Part shown: positions 27,352 through 36,902 of the stretch, one piece after another
Layout of the letters: each line of letters opens with the position of its first letter
How positions within the stretch are numbered: the stretch's first letter is position 1
NCBI GenBank assembly: GCA_044229845.1
Contig: JBGASG010000005.1
Coordinates: forward strand, 32,001-96,000
DNA from: Candidatus Obscuribacteraceae bacterium
GTDB taxonomy: Bacteria > Cyanobacteriota > Vampirovibrionia > Obscuribacterales > Obscuribacteraceae
Length of the DNA: 64,000 bases
Reading direction: 5' to 3'
Notes under the pieces: model-generated
Database searches by the model: none
What the model was told of the DNA's origin: nothing
The model's input: the letters and a program-made list of their open reading frames with translations, nothing else
Program-made: the position numbers and the translations under genes

Positions 27352-28050
27352 TTAGCTTCTGCGCAGACGAAACGGTTTCAGTGATTCCCAAAAATTCTTG
27401 TCGATCTTCAATGTTCTGCTGATCGTATCTAAGCGCTGCCGCACAAGCGACAGGGGATGCTGCGGATACATGTCATCGAATTGTCGATCGTCTGAGGGCA
27501 GCTCGTGCAGTTTGGACTCGCGCATGCGCTGGAACATTTCTTCCATGCTGGAGACTTGGACCGGCTCTGCATTCGGCTCGGCTTGCGGCCATGGGCATCG
27601 CTGCAGCACGGTGGGATCGGGAAACTTTTCCGGATCGAGTGCCATCACAGTGGCTTCGCGGATGCCGGTTGTCCCTCGCTCGAGCGCTTCGACGTTGAGC
27701 TGGTACGTCATGTTGGTGAACGGAACCCACAAAATTCCCACAAACATCATTGCCAGGCTCTGTGGTTCAGGGGAGCGATATTTGAAGATGCCCCGCAAAA
27801 CTTCTATCTTCTCGACTTCGAACACGTCCATTGAGAGCATGACACCACCGGCGGAGGCACATTGATCCCCGTAAAATCGGCGGGCGCCTTCGACGTCGGT
27901 GAGGTCGAAAGGCCACTCGACTGTATCGCTGAATCTCAAGAGGTGCGCCATGCCGTACTCGTCATTCATCCACAGCTTTCCTTCCGGTGCTGATTGGACG
28001 AGTTCGCCGCAGTTAGTCATGTCAAATCTTATTGAGTCGATGTTCGGCAT
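27352..28050 (-). CDS. Hypothetical protein
   Basis: ORF to 28149; likely start ATG 28050 (MPNIDSIRFD); TTGIREA and SDDRQFDDMYPQHPLS segments. Confidence 0.75.
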   Translation of the reverse strand: MPNIDSIRFDMTNCGELVQSAPEGKLWMNDEYGMAHLLRFSDTVEWPFDLTDVEGARRFYGDQCASAGGVMLSMDVFEVEKIEVLRGIFKYRSPEPQSLAMMFVGILWVPFTNMTYQLNVEALERGTTGIREATVMALDPEKFPDPTVLQRCPWPQAEPNAEPVQVSSMEEMFQRMRESKLHELPSDDRQFDDMYPQHPLSLVRQRLDTISRTLKIDKNFWESLKPFRLRRS

Positions 28051-28080
28051 GGGCTCATTATTCCCGCCCGAACAGCATTT

Positions 28081-28164
28081 CACGAATCCGCCACGAACGT
28101 GACACGAACAGTCCACGAACGTGCCACACTCAAGCCACGAACCTGACACAACTTATCCACGGTC
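28081..28164. repeat. Eight CAC(GAAC)-type units at exact 11-bp spacing between divergent genes
   Basis: CAC starts at 28081, 28092, 28103, 28114, 28125, 28136, 28147, 28158; five copies read CACGAA(C/T). Confidence 0.8.
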
Positions 28165-28397
28165 TTCGCCTATGATGCAAATACATCGAAGGCGATGAAC
28201 CATTTGGGCGGCGAGCCAATTGGCGTTGGCGGGGTCAGCTCTTGTTAGGCATTATATGCGGGAAGCGGGCAGATCACCCGGGTCCCGCATCGCCGATTGG
28301 TCCGCATAAATCCAGTCGCTTATCGGCGACAAACTGCCTAAAAAGAGCTATATAAGGGAAAAACAGAATTAGATACTGATCTCCTGGAAGCCAGCTG

Positions 28398-31391
28398 ATG
28401 GTTGAAGGTTCTGATACCAACAATCCGGTCGCCGACCAGCCTCTGGTCGTCGATCAAAAAGCCGTTGTTGCGGCGCTCTCGGTCTCAAGCGATCTGGCGG
28501 ACAGGTTTAACACAGAGCTGCTCAAAACGCTAAAACTCTCGTCTGCGCCGGAGCTGCCGGATGTGTTTTTCGTCGGCAACGGCACCGACAAAACCGGCAC
28601 CACCGCCGGTACGCAGCCGCCCGAAACGCACAAGGACGTTGCGGTTCCCGCAACGCGCGCGGGCAACGACAGCCCGGCGGACGTCAGCCCCGGAGTCAAA
28701 GTCGACGACAAGGGTCGCGTGCAAGCGGTCGATTATCCCAACGGCACGCGGCGCGAGTTTGGATACGACGAAAAGACTGGTGCGCTTAACCGCATCGTGC
28801 AGCCGGATGGTCAGGTCTACAAGCTCAACGCCGACGGCAAATGGGAAATCGAACAGAAAGCAGCTGGATTTGCGGCAGCCGGTGCCGGTGCCGGTGGTGG
28901 TGCTGGAACGCTCGACTTCGTCGGACCGCCGATGCCGGGTCAACCATATCCGAACTATGATCAGTTCCGCGGGGCACCGGCGCCACTCGATTTCACGAAT
29001 CCGAAAATTTCGCCCAACGGTGTATTTAGCTGGGAGAGCCTGGACGGCAAGGCGGAAACCTCGGTGTTACTCCTCGGTTCCACTGTTTTGCGCAAAGATG
29101 GTGCCACCGTTCTGTCGGACGACCGCGGCAGAGTTTCTCTCATCCAGTACGCAAGTGGAGATCAAATTGCCTTCAGCCACAACGTTGACGGACAGATAGA
29201 TTACTTCAGTCGGGGCGGCAAAGTTTACCGGGTGCGCGACAGCGAAATTTTCGGCACCGACGGACAGGCAACCGGTGACAAGTTTCCGTTTGCAAATCCG
29301 GATGGTACGTTCAGTGTCACCGATGCGCACGGCAACATGCGCGTCACCAAACTCGATGGCACCAGCAGTACCTCGATGTCGGACGGCGGCATGGTCGAGC
29401 GCGACGCCAAAGACCGCATCACGCAAGTGCTGTCTGCCGACGGCAAGGTGCGCAAGTTTGGATACGACGATCAAGGGCGTCTGAACAGCATCACCGACCA
29501 GGACGGCAAGGAGTACAAATTCGATGCCTTTATCGATTTGTTTGGTGCGCGCTTTGGCAGTTTTGAAGCAGCCGACGGCACCAAGCTGCAGGACCCGCGG
29601 CTGAAGCCGGACGGTACTTTCGTTTATGAAACGAAGGACGGCAAAATCCACACCGACTTCACCAGCGGCAGATCGACAGAAACGACAATGACCGTCGATC
29701 AACTGCGCTCGACTGCGGCGCAACTCGAGACATTTAATTGGGTTTTCACGAGCAATTCCGGAATTAAAGAACGCCTGGATAAGATGACCGTCGCCGATCG
29801 CGTGGCGCTGGATGAAACATACAAGAGCGTCTACGGTGTTTCGCTTACGGATAAACTGCAGGGGCAGCTCTGGAACCCTCTCAAACGCGAAGCCTCTACG
29901 GCGGCGCTCGACGACCTGGCTGAGGCGCACCTGCGAACAAAGTTTGCCCATGACTTTTCGGGCACGCAGCGTCTCACCGAAGCGAACCAGGCACTCACCG
30001 ATTTCAGAGACCGCGCGAAGAAACAAGGACTGACGCCTGAACAAGTAATCGCCGCGCAGCAAGAAGCTGTCAAGGAAATGGATCTTGGTGCCACCGAGGG
30101 GCAGAGGCAGCGCGGGCTTGAGAGAGCGCTCACCAATGCCGCTCCGACTTCCGACAGCTTGAATGAGCGCTACAAGGTCAAGTACGACGAAGAAACGCGA
30201 GCGGACGGCACCACGGTGCGCCATTACTATGTCGATGGCGAAAAGGGTGAGAAAGCCAAAATCCTTGATACCACCAGTGATGACCCCAAGGAAATCGAGC
30301 GCCAGTTAATAGAATGGCAGACCAACAAGATGAAGGAGCTGGAGAGCAAGTTCAACGTGCAGTTCAGCCATGATGGTGAACGTGAATCCGCGAGCGGCAA
30401 GACCGTCGACCTGCGCGCGCCCAACATTGCTGAACTGGTGGCACTGGAGGGCGGCTTGCAGCAATCGCAGCCCAGCACGCGTACATCTAACGGCAGACCG
30501 ATCATGGTGCAGTTTGCATTGCAACCTGTGACCACGGCCGACGCGTGGGTGATGCCGCGTCCGGACGGGCAGGATCGCATTTTGTTCGAGCCGGTCGACC
30601 GCATGGGCGCCTGGGGTCTGAAGCGCACCATCCTTCACGAGTGGGGACATAACGCGCAAAATCTCATGGAGAAAGCTGATCCCGCCGCGCTCGAAAAGCA
30701 CTATCAGGAAATCGGTTATCGCAAAGTCGATGGACACTGGTATCTGGAAGGCAAGGACGGCAACTTGTATATCCAGGGACCGGGGCGTGTACCGTCCGGC
30801 ATCTGGACACGCGTCAATGAAAAAGGCGAGCCGCTGCGACCGGACGGTTCACCGGCGCGCGGCTTCGACGATCCGCGGGCGGCCAGCTTCACCAATGAAG
30901 AGATGCGCGAACAGTCAAAGGTGAAGCCGATGACCAGCTACTTCCCGCAGCCCAACGAACGGTCTGCGGATGCCGTCTGGCACTTCCGCGGCGACAAAGA
31001 CTCGCGTTCGAGCCTCTATCTAAATGATCTCGTTCTGTACAACTCGACGAAAGCGTTCGATCAAAAGACCATCGACACCGATCCGCGTTACGGTACAAAT
31101 CCCGACGGCACATCCAGATATATAAGAATGCCGGATGGGGCGATCGAGCCCAACACTGAAGCTAATCGCAAAACAGTCGATGACTTTGAGAAGCAAATCG
31201 CCACTCAGCGCGCCATGATCGAAAAGCTCAAGCAGGCCGAGGTGGACGGCTCTCGCGACCGCGCGATGCTGGAGTTGAAGCGTGAACTGGAAAATCAGCT
31301 GCGTAACAGAGTGCCGGAGGCCGCCGGCACGACAGAGCCCAGCACGGGAACGGAAAGCCGTTCAGGAATAAAGCCCCGCAAGTCGAAGTAG
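28398..31391 (+). CDS. YD/RHS-repeat protein with an annexin-like segment and a C-terminal HExxH zinc-protease-like domain
   Basis: Repeats GRVQAVDYPNG..REFGYD and DRITQVLSADG..RKFGYDDQGRL; ILHEWGHN with a distal E (PNERSAD); no signal peptide. Confidence 0.75.
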   Translation: MVEGSDTNNPVADQPLVVDQKAVVAALSVSSDLADRFNTELLKTLKLSSAPELPDVFFVGNGTDKTGTTAGTQPPETHKDVAVPATRAGNDSPADVSPGVKVDDKGRVQAVDYPNGTRREFGYDEKTGALNRIVQPDGQVYKLNADGKWEIEQKAAGFAAAGAGAGGGAGTLDFVGPPMPGQPYPNYDQFRGAPAPLDFTNPKISPNGVFSWESLDGKAETSVLLLGSTVLRKDGATVLSDDRGRVSLIQYASGDQIAFSHNVDGQIDYFSRGGKVYRVRDSEIFGTDGQATGDKFPFANPDGTFSVTDAHGNMRVTKLDGTSSTSMSDGGMVERDAKDRITQVLSADGKVRKFGYDDQGRLNSITDQDGKEYKFDAFIDLFGARFGSFEAADGTKLQDPRLKPDGTFVYETKDGKIHTDFTSGRSTETTMTVDQLRSTAAQLETFNWVFTSNSGIKERLDKMTVADRVALDETYKSVYGVSLTDKLQGQLWNPLKREASTAALDDLAEAHLRTKFAHDFSGTQRLTEANQALTDFRDRAKKQGLTPEQVIAAQQEAVKEMDLGATEGQRQRGLERALTNAAPTSDSLNERYKVKYDEETRADGTTVRHYYVDGEKGEKAKILDTTSDDPKEIERQLIEWQTNKMKELESKFNVQFSHDGERESASGKTVDLRAPNIAELVALEGGLQQSQPSTRTSNGRPIMVQFALQPVTTADAWVMPRPDGQDRILFEPVDRMGAWGLKRTILHEWGHNAQNLMEKADPAALEKHYQEIGYRKVDGHWYLEGKDGNLYIQGPGRVPSGIWTRVNEKGEPLRPDGSPARGFDDPRAASFTNEEMREQSKVKPMTSYFPQPNERSADAVWHFRGDKDSRSSLYLNDLVLYNSTKAFDQKTIDTDPRYGTNPDGTSRYIRMPDGAIEPNTEANRKTVDDFEKQIATQRAMIEKLKQAEVDGSRDRAMLELKRELENQLRNRVPEAAGTTEPSTGTESRSGIKPRKSK

Positions 31392-31560
31392 GGCACCGCA
31401 TTGGCCGGCTGGCCCGCCGGTGCGGTATTGCGCACTGCAATCGGGGGATCGGACCATAGTCGTGTGGTGGGGTGTTTTGCTACGCTCTGCCTATCCCCTG
31501 TCTGTCTGAATACATAGATTTTGCGTTGCCCCGAATGCAGCTTCGCAGGAGGTACTGATC

Positions 31561-32220
31561 ATGGCTGATGTCTTGAAAGTCGATGGCGCGGAAGCCGGCC
31601 ACCAGCAGTGGCAAGGCATTGCCGCCGATTTATGGAGAAACGGCGACAGCCGGAGCGCGGAGAGAAATCCGCCACCGGCCGCCACTGGTGACACCAAGGT
31701 GGAGTATGACTCCAATGGAAAAATCTCCACTGTCGAAATGCAGAACGGTTGGAAATTTACGCGCGGTGCGGATGGAAATTATGAAGGAGTCGGACCCAAT
31801 GGTGAGCGCGTCTCTTGGATCAAAGAAATGCAGGTCGGCAAAGATGGAGCCGTCACTTACCAGAGCAGCAACGACTTCGGCGGAAGAGACCATGTGTTTC
31901 TGCGAACCGATGGGCAGGCTCTCACAGCCTCCTATGACGGAGCAGGCGAATTGATGTCTGTGCAATTGCCGGGTGAGCGGGAGATGCGCATCGCGCGTGA
32001 CTCTGCTGGCAACTACACACGTTCCTGGTTGGCGCCAGATGGCAAACGATACTTTGAGCCGGTGGTCGATGTGACTGTGTATGACAACGGCAGTGTGTCA
32101 TGGAGTACTATCGACAGGCACAGCGACCTACTCTGGCGGCGCACGGTCACCCTTGGTGGTAAGGACGACGGCGGGATACCGAGACCACTGCCTGCGTACC
32201 TGAAATACAAGCTGGATTAA
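31561..32220 (+). CDS. Hypothetical protein with YD-like beta repeats
   Basis: AGGAGG SD; VEYDSNGKISTVEM, ASYDGAGELMSVQL. Confidence 0.75.
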   Translation: MADVLKVDGAEAGHQQWQGIAADLWRNGDSRSAERNPPPAATGDTKVEYDSNGKISTVEMQNGWKFTRGADGNYEGVGPNGERVSWIKEMQVGKDGAVTYQSSNDFGGRDHVFLRTDGQALTASYDGAGELMSVQLPGEREMRIARDSAGNYTRSWLAPDGKRYFEPVVDVTVYDNGSVSWSTIDRHSDLLWRRTVTLGGKDDGGIPRPLPAYLKYKLD

Positions 32221-32338
32221 TGAGTCACTTCATGGCTTTGGCGGCTTCGGTTTTGCCTCGCGACGGAAGGTTGGTATTGCTGCGCCGTGCTAAGTAGCAG
32301 CAGAACGAGTATCGAAGTCAGTCGAGCCGGTCGCGACA

Positions 32339-33769
32339 TCACTGTGTGCCTCCTCGTCCTGAGTTCGCCAGCAGCTTGTCGAGATCGCTCAGCGTTTCCA
32401 GGCGCTTCGTGATGATCTGCTCGGGCAGCCTGCCATTCTCGCGCAGGTGCTTTTCAAAACGTTTCTCACTGATCAAAGACTGTGTCGTCAGTGCAAATGA
32501 CACTGCTGAACCTGCCGTGCTGGATATTGAGGCAGCGAAGTACGATGAGTTGCTGCCGCGCGGATGTTCTGCGGCCAGGTTGTAGGTGGCATTGGTGCTG
32601 ACGATGTCGCCGCCCAGGTAGCTCAATGAAATGAGCGGACCCTGTATGTTGTTTTGCAGCGCGACTTTGCTCAGGTGGCGCAGTCCCTCTTCGCCTTCTT
32701 TATAGTACTCGTCGTAGCGCTGGGACCAGACTGCCAGGAGTTCTGCACGTGAATGGGCACCGAAAGGACCCACCTGTTCGATGGAAGAGTTTTGCAGCAG
32801 CGATTGCAATTGTGCCAACTGAATCTTGGCTTCTGGTTCGGGGTCGTAGATTTTTTCGTGCAGGTCGGCGCCGATCTTCTTATAAGCGCGGTTGTATAAA
32901 ACCGTGTACGCCTTGGCGCTGACCGGCGCGCTGGCGATATAAAAACTGTCGGCGACCAGGCTGCTGATCACGGCTGGCTTTGCGGCTTGAATGCGGGTGA
33001 ATGATCGGATGGAACAGAGATACGCGGTGCCCACCAATGTGTTGGCGGTGACGTCCATCAAATAGTAAAGGCTGTTGCTCGCCTGATAGGCTTTGACGTC
33101 GGCGTAGACATCTGCAAACTCGTAAACGCACCAATCGCGAAACAACTTCAACACGCGGCCCTCGGCATGGCAAACCGCGAGGAGGTTATCGTCGGGGAGC
33201 TGGTGAATCAGCGTTTCGCGTTGGGCGGACAGTTGATCGATTTCTGCCAGGCGCCGCTTCACTTCATTTTTAACGGAGCCTGGATCTTTGTGTTGCACTT
33301 TGTTTTTGACTGCTGTGTAGCAGTTGGAACCGAATTCTATGGCCGAGCTGCCACCACCGAGGCAGGAACCGACGATGCCGACGCGGTACGACTTGATCAA
33401 GGGTCCGCGGCGCACGTTGGTGGGGTGTTTTAGATTACGTCCAGTCTCGACTATGGGGATAGTGGTGGCGGCGGCTCCGGCGGCGGTGCCGGCTTGTTGC
33501 AGCAGGAAGTATCGAGCGCGGCGCCAGCGCGGATCTTTGTGCCCCACCATCTTGTAGTTGAGGTAATAGCGCTCCAGATCGATCTCTTTGCGGACGATCT
33601 CGTTGGTGATTGTTGCGACTTTGTACTCGACATCGCTCAGTGCTTCTGCGCGTGTGCCCCCACACGAGATGAGGGCACACAGTGCAAATGCAATTGCAAC
33701 CAGTTTGAAATTAGGATTCCGGCGGGCACCGGGTATGGTGCGTCCGCGCTTGTAGCCTATGCGCACCAT
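32339..33769 (-). CDS. Hypothetical exported/membrane-associated helical protein
   Basis: 476 aa; signal-like N-terminus, coiled-coil stretches alternating with small-residue hydrophobic helices; starts 1 bp after the Rieske gene stop. Confidence 0.75.
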   Translation of the reverse strand: MVRIGYKRGRTIPGARRNPNFKLVAIAFALCALISCGGTRAEALSDVEYKVATITNEIVRKEIDLERYYLNYKMVGHKDPRWRRARYFLLQQAGTAAGAAATTIPIVETGRNLKHPTNVRRGPLIKSYRVGIVGSCLGGGSSAIEFGSNCYTAVKNKVQHKDPGSVKNEVKRRLAEIDQLSAQRETLIHQLPDDNLLAVCHAEGRVLKLFRDWCVYEFADVYADVKAYQASNSLYYLMDVTANTLVGTAYLCSIRSFTRIQAAKPAVISSLVADSFYIASAPVSAKAYTVLYNRAYKKIGADLHEKIYDPEPEAKIQLAQLQSLLQNSSIEQVGPFGAHSRAELLAVWSQRYDEYYKEGEEGLRHLSKVALQNNIQGPLISLSYLGGDIVSTNATYNLAAEHPRGSNSSYFAASISSTAGSAVSFALTTQSLISEKRFEKHLRENGRLPEQIITKRLETLSDLDKLLANSGRGGTQ

Positions 33770-33770
33770 G

Positions 33771-34883
33771 TCAGTCCGGCAGCATGTACTTCACGACGAG
33801 TTTCTGGAACGAGAGAACAAGATGTTCGCTCTTCGGCAGGAAACGACCGCGATCTACGTAGCCGGATTTCAATCCTTTCTGTACGGAGTTGGTGAGTTCG
33901 TCGTCTTCATCGCCGACTTCTTTGTTGAACTCGATCAGGTCTTTGCGCCATTGCTCCGGTGCTTCCGGAGCGAAGTATTGCTCAGAAAAACCGTGCGCGC
34001 CATCGGGACCGTTCGGCAGCCAGATGTCAATCGACATGTTCGGGTACCCGGGATTGATGTTGATGGTGAAGTTCGGGAAGAAGAGGTGATACTGCGAAAT
34101 TTTGATTTCGCCGCGCGGATCGTACCCGGCTTTCTTCATGCCGGCTTCCAGTCCTTTAGCGCGGGCCGGTGCCATCTGGCTGAAGTGATACGGATAGTCC
34201 TTCAAGGCATAGTTGTCGGGATCGACGTCGATGACGGCGCTGAAACCGGGGTGAGCCACCGGGCAGTGGTAGCACTCGAGATAATTTTCGAGCATCACTT
34301 TCCAGTTGGAATCGGATGACCAGTCGGAGCGGCCGGCGAATTGCAAAGCGTTGATGTCCAGACCGCCGTCGGAGATCAGCTTAGGCAGATCTCCGAGGTA
34401 GTGGGCGAGCGGCTCCGCGTTTTCATCGCAGTTGACGAAGACCCACGGACCCCAGACATCTACTTTGACGCTGTAGAGTGAGAAGTCTGAGTGCTTGAAG
34501 TTGCCTTCCTTCTCGGCACGTGGTGCGCCTTTCAGCGAACCGTCCAGACCATAGGTCCAGGCGTGGTAACCACACTGCAAAATCTTGGTGGTGCCGCAGC
34601 CTTTGGCGACTTCGTGCCGACGGTGGCGACAGACGTTGACGAATCCTGCCAGTCCGTCGGCATTTCGCACGACCACTACCGGAACTTCGCCGACGTAGCC
34701 GGAGACGAAGTCGCCGACTTTCTCGAGTTGTGCGGTGCGGCAGAAGTATTGCCACGTCTTGCGGAAGATGCGTTCCTTCTCAAGATCGGTAACTTCCTGC
34801 GTGGTGTACCAGGAGGCTGGCAGCGACCAGCCGGCGTCGATGTCCGCCAGGATTTGGTCCTTTTCACGGGTGAGAACTTGCAT
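33771..34883 (-). CDS. Rieske non-heme iron oxygenase alpha subunit (choline monooxygenase/CntA-like group)
   Basis: NVCRHR...CGYHAWTY Rieske ligands; NWKVMLENYLECYHCPVAHP iron site; EDDEL..SVQKGL. Confidence 0.92.
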   Translation of the reverse strand: MQVLTREKDQILADIDAGWSLPASWYTTQEVTDLEKERIFRKTWQYFCRTAQLEKVGDFVSGYVGEVPVVVVRNADGLAGFVNVCRHRRHEVAKGCGTTKILQCGYHAWTYGLDGSLKGAPRAEKEGNFKHSDFSLYSVKVDVWGPWVFVNCDENAEPLAHYLGDLPKLISDGGLDINALQFAGRSDWSSDSNWKVMLENYLECYHCPVAHPGFSAVIDVDPDNYALKDYPYHFSQMAPARAKGLEAGMKKAGYDPRGEIKISQYHLFFPNFTININPGYPNMSIDIWLPNGPDGAHGFSEQYFAPEAPEQWRKDLIEFNKEVGDEDDELTNSVQKGLKSGYVDRGRFLPKSEHLVLSFQKLVVKYMLPD

Positions 34884-34987
34884 GTCGTGTACCTCTCTTG
34901 CGTTTCTGACTTTGATCGGGTTCTGAGTGACTTATATTTTCAGTTTGGAACTGGGGTTTCCTGACGTTAGCTTTTGGCCGGATTTAA

Positions 34988-36313
34988 TTAATTCACATTG
35001 GTCTGATTAGAGGATGAGGTGGCTTCGGAGACTGGCTCTGGAACTGGGTCGGGGATGGTTCCGTTGGCCGAGTCGTTGGCGGAATCAGGCGCGTGCACGG
35101 GCGTTTCTTTTGGTCCGAAAAGAAACATCGGAACGCACACTACAAACAGACCGCTCATAATCAGCAACACGTAGTGGAGTTGGAGTTTGTGCGATGCGTC
35201 GGTGACGAACTCCACATACCAGTCGGCGCCGGCCATGCCCAGCGAGTAAGCAAGGTTGTAGACGGCGTATGCAATGGCGTACGAAGTCGAGCCGCGGCGG
35301 TCGACGGCGTTGCCCAGTTCGGCTGATGTGGGGTTGAGGGTAAACGCGTAGGCGATGCTGATCGAGCAGAGAACCACACTGGCGAGAATCATATTTGGTG
35401 TGAAGGCGAGCAGCGGCATGGCGATGGCGGTCAGCACCAGTCCGAGCACGGTGGTGTGGCGCACGCCGAGCCGGTCTGAGACCCATGCCACCACCGGTGC
35501 CATAAAGGCATAAATCAAGTTAGAAACGGTGAATAGCGCGCCGATGGCCGTCGGTGTCGCCTGAGAGACGTGCTTGACGTGCATGGGAAAAATCGGCTCC
35601 ATGAGAGCCCAGCTGGCGGCGGCAAGAGCCACTGCGAACGCAGCGGCGATCACACTTTTGTCGGTGACGATGCCGCCCAGTTCAGCGAAGACTTCCTTCC
35701 ACGGCTTTCCTGCTTCAGTAGGCCGATGGCTGGGAATCAAGAGGAAACTGGCAATTGCGTTGACTGCCACCAGTGCGATGGCGACGTAGAACGCGGCGGA
35801 GTACCCGCCCATGTCAAATAGCTTGCCGCCTACGAGTGGCCCTAAAACTGATCCGGTGGTCCCCCCGAGCATGGCGATGCCCATGGCGCCGACGCGGTTT
35901 TCGACGAAATACTCGGCAACCAGAGCCAGCCCGGCGGTCCATGTGCAGGCGGCGGCGGCTCCTTCTGCAAAGCGCGCCGCATACAGAACGGTTTGATTGC
36001 TCCCCATCCAGAATAAGCTGGTGGCGACGAGCAGAAGCGACACGCCGAGCAGCATCGGATTTCGTCTGCCGATGCGGTCTGTGATGATGCCGAGAATGGG
36101 GGTGGCGATGATCAGACCCAAGGCGTACCCGCCGTACAACATGCTGAGCACCGACTCGTCTTCGATGTGGGCGGGCGAAACCGGGATCAGCGGCGCCACC
36201 ATTCCGTAGACGTAGTAATCGACGAAGAGCGCGAACGAAACGATGACGAGCACCGTTCGTGGCGAATGCCGCAACTTGTCAAGCAAAGCGATTGACATAG
36301 CCTTGTCTATCAA
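34988..36313 (-). CDS. MFS transporter (DHA1/vesicular amine transporter-like)
   Basis: About 12 TM helices; motif A GIITDRIGRR; TM1 VIVSFALFVDYYVYGMVAPLIP. Confidence 0.9.
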   Translation of the reverse strand: MIDKAMSIALLDKLRHSPRTVLVIVSFALFVDYYVYGMVAPLIPVSPAHIEDESVLSMLYGGYALGLIIATPILGIITDRIGRRNPMLLGVSLLLVATSLFWMGSNQTVLYAARFAEGAAAACTWTAGLALVAEYFVENRVGAMGIAMLGGTTGSVLGPLVGGKLFDMGGYSAAFYVAIALVAVNAIASFLLIPSHRPTEAGKPWKEVFAELGGIVTDKSVIAAAFAVALAAASWALMEPIFPMHVKHVSQATPTAIGALFTVSNLIYAFMAPVVAWVSDRLGVRHTTVLGLVLTAIAMPLLAFTPNMILASVVLCSISIAYAFTLNPTSAELGNAVDRRGSTSYAIAYAVYNLAYSLGMAGADWYVEFVTDASHKLQLHYVLLIMSGLFVVCVPMFLFGPKETPVHAPDSANDSANGTIPDPVPEPVSEATSSSNQTNVN

Positions 36314-36520
36314 AAGACGCGTAAGCGAAAGCCGGAATTATATCGCCTTTATAGCAACATATGGTCTAAAGTCAGCACGAAACTGCCCTCGGACCCTATC
36401 CACAAAGTGCGGATGCTTGACATTGGTTTTGCCCGCGCTTCTTGTTCTCGTTTCTCGCGACGTAGCGCTTGTACCAGCGCATGGTGGCGGGAGTTTGATT
36501 CCAGTCTTCCGCCTTGCTGC

Positions 36521-36856
36521 CTAGCACCTTCGCGAGAGGCTTCCGCGGCGGATGAAGACTTTTACGTCTTCATCGACAATAGCGATCTGGCTGGGTCCGA
36601 TGTAATTTACGCGCCGCCCGACGTCAGGGGCAACGCACCAGAAGCTGGGAGCAATATCTGCGCGGGCGGGTGCAGCCGACAGCAAAGCTAAGGCAAGCGC
36701 CGCAAGCAGACTGACCACTGCCACCGCCAGTAATGCCAGCAGGAGATCGGCTAAATAGGTCATGACAGCACAACGATGCGACGTCAGCAAGACCGAGCGA
36801 TGCGACATCGATGTGGAGCGGGAAACGGCTGAGGTGACAACGCGACTGTACTTCAT
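36521..36856 (-). pseudogene. Truncated paralog of the neighbouring 427-aa secreted protein
   Basis: ARADIAPS...IGPSQIAIVDEDVKVFI matches AHADIAPP...IGPTQVDILSEDVRVFV; similar upstream sequence; early stop. Confidence 0.65.
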
Positions 36857-36902
36857 GCCTCTAAAGTATCATCGCGAGCACCGCAAGTAGCCTGGATTTA
36901 CC

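Noticed and set aside
28153..28161. TTATCCACG as a DnaA box, with the array as a replication origin
   Set aside because: A single mismatched box with no AT-rich unwinding element, rep gene or dnaA gene; the TGTGGATCG repeats at 55123-55167 were dismissed for the same reason
28244..28342. Integron attC site (GTTAGGC ... GCCTAA)
   Set aside because: The core sites are in the reverse order to attC (RYYYAAC...GTTRRRY) and no integron integrase is present
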